Shown here: one piece after another, positions 51,937 to 61,895 of the stretch
Layout of the letters: each line of letters opens with the position of its first letter
Position numbering within the stretch: the stretch's first letter is position 1
The notes under the pieces: generated by a model
What the model saw: the letters and a program-made list of their open reading frames with translations, nothing else
The model's database searches: none
What the model was told of the DNA's origin: nothing
Program-made: the position numbers and the translations under genes
NCBI GenBank assembly: GCA_963776275.1
Contig: CAVZMI010000023.1
Span: forward strand, 448,001-512,000
Reading direction: 5' to 3'
Origin: Ignavibacteriota bacterium
Lineage (GTDB): Bacteria; Bacteroidota; Ignavibacteria; UBA10030; CAVZMI01
Length of the DNA stretch: 64,000 nucleotides

Positions 51937-54900
51937 CTATCGTACAAGAGCCATTTTCTTTGTGATACTCATACCGTTCACATTAAGGCTATAGAAATAA
52001 ACTCCCGAAGCCAGACCCGACGCATTCACCATCACATCATAATATCCTGCAGGCTGATCGCTATCGACAAGCTTTATTGCTTCCTGGCCGACAATAGTAT
52101 AGAGAATTAGGGTGACGTGTCCCGGTTCGGGAATCTGGTACCTGATCAACGTCGATGGATTAAACGGATTCGGATAATTTTGAGCCAGTGCATACTTGGC
52201 CGGAATAGTACTCGCACCACCTGTCATTTGAGTGACATAATAGCGTTCGCCGACAATAAGTTCAAGCAAGCGAGTCCCGTCAGCCGAATATATGTCACGG
52301 AATGATTGCTGCCGCATATCGTACAGGGCATCTCGCGCCCGATCGAATAAAAATACTCCATAACGGCTGGGTATATGTTGTAGATTTTTTAATTCAAGCC
52401 GAACCATCGTGTGCGGCGCATCCCGCAATTCCAGATCCCATGTCAATCCATTCTCAATCGACGGCCTTATATCGGCTGCGAGACGATCAGAGATATCCGG
52501 GCTTTTCGGATTCGGGAAAAAGAGCGAGACGGTATTCGGCATCGCAGGTGGTTCATATACAACATAGGCATTATTCTTTTCAGAGACTTTTGTATTCACG
52601 CCAAAGTATGTGATCTTATCGAATGATACATCGTCCGATGCGATAATTTGTCCTACCCATTCATTATCATCCCGGCCTCCGGAATCCAGTGCATTTTCCG
52701 CGTTTTGAAAATATCTATAAACAGAATTCGGTTCATCACTGCACGTGGTTGAGAGCTTTTGTAGAACTGCATCGGGATTTTTCAATTTGAGAAGGCATGT
52801 ATCGGTGACATGGATCGCCAGTCCTTCCCACGGTCTGAATCCCGCCGATGTTCCAAAATCCCAACCGCTTTGCGAGCCTGATCCGGAGTAGTAGAAGGAA
52901 GACGTCGTAAGATTATTGACTGCTGGTAAGAGTTCCAAATCCGACAGTGCCAGTTGATAAGGGAAAAGATCGCCGACAATATTCCATCCGGGTTCGAGCC
53001 TGGCACCGGGTACACGAAGATAGCCCAACGATAAGGCACCGCCCAGGGTATTCCGAAGTTTTATGCTCTTCGATGTAATGAGCATGTATGCATGACCGAT
53101 CTGGAGATCAAAATCATTTGTTGTACTCCACTCATCATATACGGCCGTTTTAATGAAGCGGAACAATCTCCATTCCGATCCGTTTGTTCCTAATGAATTT
53201 TGACCGGAGAAAAAGTGCGATACCTTTTGATCGCCGAGTCCGACTGGTACTGAAAAAAGCCGATAATCTGTTTGGTTCGTCCCGCTGTGCGTGGAAGACG
53301 AAAACTTGTCAGCCGCAACGGTAATCACAATCGGATTGAATTGATCTTCTGCGACTCCATTCCACACACTCGTATTCCCGCTTAGATCGGAGGCAACGAT
53401 GCGGTAATCTATCCCGTCGGTTGTTACCGCGGCATCCGGTATTGTCGCCGACGGAGGCGTCATTCCCCGATTGAATGCAGTCCGCTGCCAAGCACCCTTT
53501 CCTGTCCGGTAATCAACATAAAAATCCTGTACTCCGCCTGGATCGGAAACATCTGCGACGATAGTAATAGCATTTCCGGGTAGCTTGACAACGGGCACAC
53601 TCACGTTCGATATCACCGGCGGGGTATTATCGACAACAGCAGTTCCTCGGATAATTGTTTGAGCTACAGGTTTCGTCAGATCATTACTATAGAGCAGTAA
53701 CATTCCATATCTCAAACCATCCGATTTCGGTGACCAGCGAAGTGTCACCTGCTGATTGCCGCCACCGGTTATAGAAATAGGGTAGACAACACTTACGAGT
53801 TTAAATTCTGATGCGCTGCCAGTCGACATTTGCACCCGGATTGAATCGACCCGGAGATCAACCGATCCGGTATTTTGAATTGAGAAATTCTGGTCAGCAT
53901 CCAGACCTGCAATGACGGTGCCAAATGAAATAGTATCTTGTACGGCAATTTTGGTCCTTGTACCCCAGTTCCATGAATGAACACCTGAGCCGATGGTCTT
54001 GACAGATCATTAGAATAGAGTATCAGTACGCCGTTTAATACCCCTCCTGATTTCGGCGACCAGCGGAGCGTCACCTGTCGACTAACACCACTTGTAATAA
54101 TGAAAGGATATACTACGCTAACGAGTTGTAAATCCGAAATATTGCCGGCGGATAGCTGCACCTTCATCGAATCGATGTGAAGATCGCTCGATCCTATATT
54201 CTGAATCGTGAGATTCTGGTCAGCATCCAGACCTGTAATGACGGTGCCAAACGAAATAGTATCCTGAACGGCAATTTTGGGTCCTTGAACCGCAGTCCCG
54301 CGAACAACCACTTGAGCTATCGATTTTGTTGGATCATTATTATACAGTATCAACATTCCATTTCTCAGACCCGCTGATTTCGGTGTCCAACGAAGTGTTA
54401 TCTTTTCATTGACACCATTTTTAATAATAAGTGGATAGACTACATTCAGAAGCTGGAATTCCGATACATCGCCTGTGGTCATCTGCAGCCGTATCGAATC
54501 AACATGGAGATCACTCGATCCTATATTCTGAATCGTAAGATTCAGATCGGAATATAGACCAACCATGACAGTCCCCAATGGAAGTGTATCCTGAACGGCA
54601 ATTTTTGGTCACTTGGAGTCCGATCCCTTGAAGTGGAACAGATGCTATTTCGAGTGTCGGATCATTACTATAGAGTAAGAGATTTGCATCACGGACACCC
54701 CCCGTGGTTGGTGCGAAATGGAGTGTTAATGTTGTAGTCTCGTCTTGTTGTAATAAAATGCTTATAGCTGCATTTGAAATTGAGAAATCGTTTGGATTTG
54801 CACCACCGATCCGTATTGAATCGATCTGTAGCGCTTCCCCTCCTACATTTTGTATCGTAATAGATTGATTGTCAGATGCACCGACGTTAACGCTTTTGAA

Positions 54901-56772
54901 TTGGACTCTTATCGGTGGAGAAATCACCGGGAACGTAGGGATCCCCCGCCAGACACCACTGCCGTCGGTTCCGGCAAAAATCATCCCATTAGATGTAAAG
55001 CCGAACGACCAAATAAACACACTTGTTAAATCCTGATTTGTCCGATACCAGCTAAGTCCATTATCATCGGAAATATAAACCCCGTCATTCGAAGTTCCAC
55101 AGAAAATGAACCCTCGAGGCCCCATTTCAAATATGTTGATATCAGGTCCGCTCAATACCTGTACCCATGAATCGCCATTATCCGTAGATCGAAAGATGCC
55201 GATATTAGTTCCAACCAGAAGTACGTTTGTTGTCTTTGTCAAAGGAAAAGATGACAGATTCCAAAGAATTTTCGTCGTGATGCCTGTCCCAACTTGTGTC
55301 CAGGTATTACCGTCGTTGGTTGACCTATAGATACTAAAAGCGCTATCAATTAAAAAAAGTGCGCCTGATTGAGTTACTGTGAACGAATAGATATACCCTG
55401 TTGCAAGTGTAGATGATATTGATGTCCATGTTTTTCCGGTATCGGAACTTCGATAAACCCCGCCCGTACTTTGTGCATACATTATACCTACTGTATTCAT
55501 CGTGATAATACATACTGTATGATCGTCTGAAGGAATGCCATTGTTACTCGCAGTCCATGTATCACCATTATCGGTTGAGAAATATACACCTCTTCCTGTT
55601 CCTGCAAATAGTGAACCATTAGGATGCACCATGATGGAATAAATCGTAGTAGTTCTGATCTCGTTGCCGACGTGAAGCCAGTTCTTTCCATAATCGGTTG
55701 TATGATATAATCCATTGTATGGAGAGCCGGCAAAGAGACCTCCTATCGACTGATGCTTGAGGGAATAAATAGCGGTACCGGTTAATCCATAATTCTGCTC
55801 TGTCCAGCTTGCCCCGTTATTTGTCGAACGATAAATCCCAATCCCGAGGAAGCCTGCATATACTGCGCCTGTTTTATCGAGGACGAAAGAACGAGTATTT
55901 GGTGCAGGAACACTTGCACTCATGGGAGTCCAATTCCCTCCACCATCAGTTGATGCTAATACTCCGTTCAAATCTGTTCCTGCATAGATCGTTCCGTCAA
56001 TCGGATTGCGACAAAGTGCGACTACCTTCAGACCGTCCATTATCAATCCACTCAGTATACATGTATTACCATCATCAACGGATAGATACATACCATCGGA
56101 GGCACCGACATAGATAATATTGAGCGTTGGATGAACGATAATCGAATAGCAGATTTTCCCGGCGATGAGATTCCCTGACGGGTACCACGTTTCACCATAA
56201 TCAGAAGAGCGGAACATACCACTGCTTGTCCCGGCAACGATTGCTCCCGAGTGGGATTGTGCGAGTGAAAGAACATTGAGATCCGTTAAACCCAGGTTGA
56301 CCGAAATCCAAGATGTGCCATAATCGACTGACCGATATATGCCATCTGAAGTCCCGGCGAAAAGAACTCCACCCGGGATGACGAGGATCGCTTGTACGCT
56401 CACATCCGCGATATCGGTTGTTGATATTAGACTCCAGCTTGTTCCCTGGTCATACGAGCGATATATTCCCGAGTAATTTGTGCCGGCATAAAGTATTCCC
56501 GTAGTATTATCCACGGCAAGTGACCTGACATACGTATTTTCTATCCCGATATTTACCGGTTGCCAAGTTGTCGCCTGATCAAGAGAGTGAAAAACTCCAT
56601 TTCCGTATGTGCCTGCATAGACGATTCCAAGATAATCATCAACTGCAAGCGCACGAACCGTGCCGCCGTACGGACCATTTGTCTTTTCCCATCGGATTTG
56701 TGAAAAAACAGACGGTGAAAGAAAAACTAATAAACCAAGTATAAGAATAAACCGTGGCCCTGCGTGTCTCAT
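51937..56772 (-). CDS. Large secreted protein: BNR/sortilin-type beta-propellers + 4 ASH (choice-of-anchor D) Ig repeats + T9SS-type C-terminal domain; compensating frameshifts at ~54610 and ~53955
   Basis: Many S.D.G.TW Asp-box repeats; four IQN.G...L.IDSI..L.W/F.P...L.LYSND repeats; QNYPNPFNP...SGVYFY...KKMALVR; three ORFs join into ~1611 aa. Confidence 0.85.
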
Positions 56773-56861
56773 TGCACTAACCTTATAATATCATTGCGAT
56801 TAAAACATCGGATTTATTTCCTGACTTTACGGATCGTGGACTGTATGCAAAATATCCTCCA

Positions 56862-57551
56862 TCATGGCAAATTTGGTGGTTCAGGAAGCTTCGTCGGTCC
56901 TTCTGTTCCTCCACCCCCCTTACTTCCACTAATGAGAACCGCCGCCAGCACTCCACCACCGACGACAACACCGCCGATAATCCAGTAGATTGTTGAATTT
57001 GATTCTGCCTCCTTTTTTACTTCTGGTTTTTGCGGAGGCTGTTCCTGCTTTTCTTTTGTCGTCAGGGGCGTTAGAGGCTTCATTCCTTCAGCCGTCTTTG
57101 CCAGAAGATCGGCAAGAATACCTTTATATTGCGAATAGAGCGTTACACTCCCTTCTAGGTAGTCCATTGTTTGTTCGTAAATCACGCGTGACTGGGTAAC
57201 ATTTACGAGACTGACTTTCAGCGTGTAGCCGGTTTCGACTTGTGTCACAACTCCGAATACTACTGCATCGAGTCCGATCTGTTTCCCAACCAAGGCGGCA
57301 GTATTTGCATCCTCGACGACCGGGAAAGATCCTTCTGCCAATTCGTCAATCAATGCCGCCCGATCCTTGATCACCAGTTTCCCATCGACAGCAAGTGTAG
57401 CAGCAAAAAGATCGGAAAAACGATCGGCGATAAGCTGCGACGTGTTGACAGGTTTAAACGGACAAACGCCAATGGTAACATCGACGAGTTGTTGACCATA
57501 TATAAGAGATGTAAAGAAAAAAAATACAAAAGAAGCGCGAAGAATTTTCAT
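56862..57551 (-). CDS. Exported CsgG/FlgO/TolB-N-like protein with C-terminal Gly-rich TM and Pro-rich tail
   Basis: Signal peptide; IGVCPF, DR..L...L.E, A..VGK.IG.D.VV.G.V; tail YWIIGGVVVGGGVLAAVL...KLPEPPNLP; GAGGAG before ATG 57551. Confidence 0.72.
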   Translation of the reverse strand: MKILRASFVFFFFTSLIYGQQLVDVTIGVCPFKPVNTSQLIADRFSDLFAATLAVDGKLVIKDRAALIDELAEGSFPVVEDANTAALVGKQIGLDAVVFGVVTQVETGYTLKVSLVNVTQSRVIYEQTMDYLEGSVTLYSQYKGILADLLAKTAEGMKPLTPLTTKEKQEQPPQKPEVKKEAESNSTIYWIIGGVVVGGGVLAAVLISGSKGGGGTEGPTKLPEPPNLP

Positions 57552-57791
57552 GCGTACACTCCTCGGCATAATAGTACGGGAAGACCGCTCATTGTTAATG
57601 TTATGAGAATCTGGAAGAAAATCAAGCCTCTTCATATGCCTATGCGTAATTGTTTTTTCCTGACCCATTCCGTATCTTGGAAAAACCTTATATGCTCCGA
57701 AACCTGCGGGTTGACCGATATTCAGGTTCCGTTGCACGTACCGGAAACGTAGGATGACAGACAGGTACCTTGAATATATGGAGACAATATT

Positions 57792-58964
57792 TTGTTCGAA
57801 AAACCATCATATCCGCGTTTAATCTTTGTCGACTATTTGCGATTTGCAGCAGTGTTATTCATGCTGCAGGGACACACGTTCGATGCCCTTCTTCAACCAA
57901 CAACAAAGGTAATTTATTCATATAAAATTTTTAATCTGTTCCACGGACTTACAGCGCCCATGTTTCTGTTCAGTGCCGGATTTGCATTTGCAGTCTCTTC
58001 AATCCGGCACATCGATCAGTATATTCAATATTCCCCGAAACTAGAAAAACGTTTTCTTCGATACATTGCGCTGCTGGGTATCGGATACTTACTTCACCTT
58101 CCGTATTTCTCACTTCAAAAACTTTTTTATGAGACTGCGTCGTGGGAATTTGAACAGCTCTGGAATGTCGATACGCTTCAGTGTATCGGAGTAAGCCTTA
58201 TTCTTCTGCAGACGCTTGTATTCGTTCTTAAAGACGAAAAGAAGTATCTTGTCGTGACGAGCTTCTTGGCCGGATTCGCGATTCTTCTTGCGCCGCTCAT
58301 GTGGAACCTGCCTCGGGTGAATTGGCTTCATCCCGCACTCGTTTCATATATCAATGGTGAATACGGGAGCTTTTTCCCGATGTTCCCCTGGTTTGGATTC
58401 ATCGCATTCGGTTCGGTTGTCGGACAACTCTTTTTACTTGCTACCAAAGCTAAACAGCCGGAACGCTTTGTTCTCTTAATGATGATCGTCGGGGCGAGTA
58501 TGATCCTGGCTGGACTTATCCTGGTACATTTACACATTCCTTTCTATCCAATACACGATTGGTACAAGACAAATCCTCTCTATAGTATGATCCGACTGGG
58601 TATGATTATGTTGTTCTGCGGAATGCTCTGGTATGGTGAACAACACAGCCGTAAGTATTTGCATGAGACGACAAAAAAGAAGATACGCCCGCTACAAATG
58701 CTAGGTCGCGAATCGTTAATGATTTACGTTGCCCATCTTATTGTTCTATACGGCTCACCGCTCAATCATGGTGCCGGATATTATTTAGGCACGACGCTGA
58801 ATCTCTGGCAAAGCACGTTTGTATTCGGAATCCTCTTTTTTACAATGCTTCTTCTGGCAATTGCCTGGCATACATTAAAGAAGCGCTATTCTATGCACAT
58901 ACGGTTTGTTTTGTTTGCGACAACAGTATCGTTGATAATGCTCTTTGTCACGAGAGAATATTAA
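57792..58964 (+). CDS. DUF1624 / acyltransferase-3-like membrane protein (HGSNAT-type)
   Basis: RL..VD.LR..AV.FM.QGH, APMFLF.AG, FPMFPW, GRESL.IY..H; ~10 TMs. Confidence 0.85.
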   Translation: MFEKPSYPRLIFVDYLRFAAVLFMLQGHTFDALLQPTTKVIYSYKIFNLFHGLTAPMFLFSAGFAFAVSSIRHIDQYIQYSPKLEKRFLRYIALLGIGYLLHLPYFSLQKLFYETASWEFEQLWNVDTLQCIGVSLILLQTLVFVLKDEKKYLVVTSFLAGFAILLAPLMWNLPRVNWLHPALVSYINGEYGSFFPMFPWFGFIAFGSVVGQLFLLATKAKQPERFVLLMMIVGASMILAGLILVHLHIPFYPIHDWYKTNPLYSMIRLGMIMLFCGMLWYGEQHSRKYLHETTKKKIRPLQMLGRESLMIYVAHLIVLYGSPLNHGAGYYLGTTLNLWQSTFVFGILFFTMLLLAIAWHTLKKRYSMHIRFVLFATTVSLIMLFVTREY

Positions 58965-60907
58965 ATTTCTTCTTTCCGTATTGTTTCAAGCGCTTCGATC
59001 GACCGGCGTCCTATTTTCAGAGTCTCATTTGTGATCTGCGCAATATTGTGTATCACACTGCGGAGGCGTTCAACGAGAAGTTGATAAATCAGATTCTGGA
59101 GTGTTTCATCAAGAAGACGAGTCTGTGTATTGTACAATTCCAATACTTTTATTTCTGTTGATCCGAGTCCTTTAAGAATTGTCGTACGAATTGATTTCCT
59201 CACCTTTTCTTTCTTCAAATGGAATTTTACACCTAAACTTGACAGTAAGCCGTTGATGATCATCTTTGAAATCGGTTGTGTATACGCAAGCGAAACCGAT
59301 GTCACAATGGAACCGGGTTGAAAACCCTGCACACTCGATTCGCACTGTTGTTCGATCTGTCTAATCAAATGCCGGGTAATCAGGTTTGTCAGCACATTCC
59401 GAAAATCCTTTCCTATTTCTATTTGGTGTCCGTTATCTTCTGTCTGTTCCTTGATGTGTTCTACGTGCTGACGGCAGTCTTCGAGAATACGATGACATTC
59501 CTGGTGGACGTCCGCTTTCCACCGCTGGAGCGCATTGTTCAGTCGTTCACGCAGCTCCTCGCGGATTTCTACCTCGAATTTCATCGTAATCGATTCTGTT
59601 GTCGATTGTTGATTACGAAGCACATGGTTTACACCGGTGTCGGAAAAAATTTCATCTAAAGCAAGATCGACCCTGATACGCCGGTGCTGGATGAAATTGT
59701 GTAGTGCGTCGCGTTCGGCCTCGGCATGAGTCATCACAGCCGTGTGAAATTGATGGAGACTATAGGAAACATTCCGTAGAAACATTAGCACACGATCGAG
59801 AGTGGATCGAAGAGTGTGGAGATCCGCCATGCTTTCCCTGATAACATTCTCGGTGTGATTGAGCGGATTCAGAATCCGGAGCTCCTTTCCTTCATCGGCA
59901 ATAATATGGAGGACCCTGTCGATCAGTTGATGGATATTGCTATCTTTCTGCTGCTCGAGTCCCTGTTTGCGATCTCCATGATGTTCCATATCAAGTCCGA
60001 TTCGGGCCAGACGGGCTGAGATAGGAACGATATCCAGGCTTTTCATTAGTTCTACGACACCATATTTCGGATTACGCAGCGTAGCTTCAACATATTTTAC
60101 CATCTCTGTAATATCGCGTTTTTTCAACGGGATACGTGCATCCGTATCGATGTCTTTCGCCATATCGCACTGAGTGATGACGAATAGAATTCTCTTTTTC
60201 TCGCCGTATAGATCTTCTTTAATGTTCCGGAACTCGCTACCGCGAAGAACTGCATCGCTATTGGACAGAAATAAAACAAGGTCGGCTTTTTTAACATAGG
60301 AGACAGCCAGTTCATGATTCCGCGGTGAAATCGATCCGATACCCGGCAGATCTACAACCCGGAGGGTCTCGACATCGCACCACTGGATTTCTTTCGTGGT
60401 TTCTGTAGGTTTCACTTCAAACTCTTCAAGACGTATCTGCGATCCATCAGAGAGTACCGCATGAAACAACAGCAGATCCTGTTTCAGGCCATGCACTTTT
60501 TTGCCGACAAGAAGATTCGCAAGGTAGCTCTTTCCGGAATTTACCTTCCCGAATATTACAATGCGGAACCGATCGGCATTTTCATGATAATCCATGAAAT
60601 CATCATGCAGAAGTTCGATCGGAGCAAGAATATGGTGATGAAGCTCTTCAATCGCCACCGGAAGAAAATTTTTCAACCATTCATCATCCCGATGTTCTTT
60701 ATCCGGTTCTAGAGTTCCAATATTGTATTGACAAGCCTCACACATACGTCGCAGTGCAGTGACATACATATCCTTTGCCATTTCGATACTGTGAAGAACC
60801 TGCAGATACCTTTTGGTGGACGACCGGAAATATGATCGGAATGAATAGAGTTTATTGGTGAGCATTGAAGTCATTCCGGAGTGATTGAAATTTATTGAGT
60901 GCCGCAT
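58961..60907 (-). CDS. Dynamin-like/TRAFAC GTPase with long helical C-terminus
   Basis: G1 GKVNSGKS, G2 PTETT, G3 DLPG, G4 TQCD, G5 ISAR; helical stalk. True start probably a little downstream of 60907. Confidence 0.82.
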   Translation of the reverse strand: MRHSINFNHSGMTSMLTNKLYSFRSYFRSSTKRYLQVLHSIEMAKDMYVTALRRMCEACQYNIGTLEPDKEHRDDEWLKNFLPVAIEELHHHILAPIELLHDDFMDYHENADRFRIVIFGKVNSGKSYLANLLVGKKVHGLKQDLLLFHAVLSDGSQIRLEEFEVKPTETTKEIQWCDVETLRVVDLPGIGSISPRNHELAVSYVKKADLVLFLSNSDAVLRGSEFRNIKEDLYGEKKRILFVITQCDMAKDIDTDARIPLKKRDITEMVKYVEATLRNPKYGVVELMKSLDIVPISARLARIGLDMEHHGDRKQGLEQQKDSNIHQLIDRVLHIIADEGKELRILNPLNHTENVIRESMADLHTLRSTLDRVLMFLRNVSYSLHQFHTAVMTHAEAERDALHNFIQHRRIRVDLALDEIFSDTGVNHVLRNQQSTTESITMKFEVEIREELRERLNNALQRWKADVHQECHRILEDCRQHVEHIKEQTEDNGHQIEIGKDFRNVLTNLITRHLIRQIEQQCESSVQGFQPGSIVTSVSLAYTQPISKMIINGLLSSLGVKFHLKKEKVRKSIRTTILKGLGSTEIKVLELYNTQTRLLDETLQNLIYQLLVERLRSVIHNIAQITNETLKIGRRSIEALETIRKEEI

Positions 60908-61865
60908 TGATCCGTTGCATTCGTGAATTTACAGCTGAGGACTTCCTTTCAAAATACTTCTGCGCATTGTCATACACCATTTGAATATTCCCGCTAACCG
61001 ATTGTACGAATGCGTCGCTCATGAGCTTCTGGACCTCGAGCAATCCACTGACCACAGCCGGCACACCATCATCGTCCGACATCCCACGTTCAGCCGCGAG
61101 GGCTCGAAGTCGTTCGATCGCTCTCTCTTCAAATTTTATCCGAAGAATGGGTACAATCAAAACCGACCCTGTCTTCTTGTCGAACCATTCAGAAAGTGAT
61201 GCCAGTGCTTCGTCGATTTGTTCTGATAGCTGACGGGCGAGATTATGAATCTCGGTCTGTTTAACAACGACTGTAGCGAATTCTCTCGAGATTTTTATCC
61301 CGGGTGCTGTCGTCAAGGTTTCCCGCTCGGCAAAGGTTTCTGCATTTGGAATTCGGTCTGTAAAGAAATTTTTTATGCGGTTTTGACAGGTATTGACAAC
61401 TTCATTGATATCGCGCTGGCGATCATTCCACGATTGCCGTAATTCTTCAAGTGTTGTCGTTTCTTTTTCAAGCTGTGTCTGCTCTTTCTGGAGTGCATCG
61501 AGAACATTGTCAATATATGAAATGAACAAATAGGCTGCAGTGCGGATTTTCAACTGGGCGCCGCGATCGCGGATGGTCTCGATAATGAAATACTGCAGTT
61601 CTCGCAAACCACTTGCCTGGATTTTCCGGGCATTTCCCTCACGTATACCTTCAAGAGCAAATCGGGCCGAGAAAATCAAGAATGTAGGTTTCCGTACTCC
61701 AAGAGCATGGATTTGTTTTACGAGCGCTTTCCGTACAATCTCGTAGTTTGGAACATATTCTTTCTTCTGCAGTATCCCGCGACGACGGAGTAAATATATT
61801 CCGATAATTCCGAATTGGAGAATTACAAGAATTACTAGCAGGATAACAAGTGTAGAGGTTTCCAT
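60852..61865 (-). CDS. C-terminal part of a dynamin-like GTPase (N-terminal TM, G5 FSAR motif, coiled-coil stalk)
   Basis: TM LVILLVILVILQFGIIGIYLL+RRR; FSARFAL...SGL.EL...I....G..LKI parallels ISARLA...SNI.QL...I..EGKELRI in the neighbouring GTPase. Confidence 0.7.
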   Translation of the reverse strand: METSTLVILLVILVILQFGIIGIYLLRRRGILQKKEYVPNYEIVRKALVKQIHALGVRKPTFLIFSARFALEGIREGNARKIQASGLRELQYFIIETIRDRGAQLKIRTAAYLFISYIDNVLDALQKEQTQLEKETTTLEELRQSWNDRQRDINEVVNTCQNRIKNFFTDRIPNAETFAERETLTTAPGIKISREFATVVVKQTEIHNLARQLSEQIDEALASLSEWFDKKTGSVLIVPILRIKFEERAIERLRALAAERGMSDDDGVPAVVSGLLEVQKLMSDAFVQSVSGNIQMVYDNAQKYFERKSSAVNSRMQRINAALNKFQSLRNDFNAHQ

Positions 61866-61895
61866 GTATAAAAGAATCTCTGTTTTTGCCTGATA

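Noticed and set aside
6923-56772. Cluster of pseudogenes or programmed frameshifts
   Set aside because: The breaks are single-base, lack slippery heptamers, leave both halves undecayed and coincide with GGWCC; sequencing artefact is more parsimonious.
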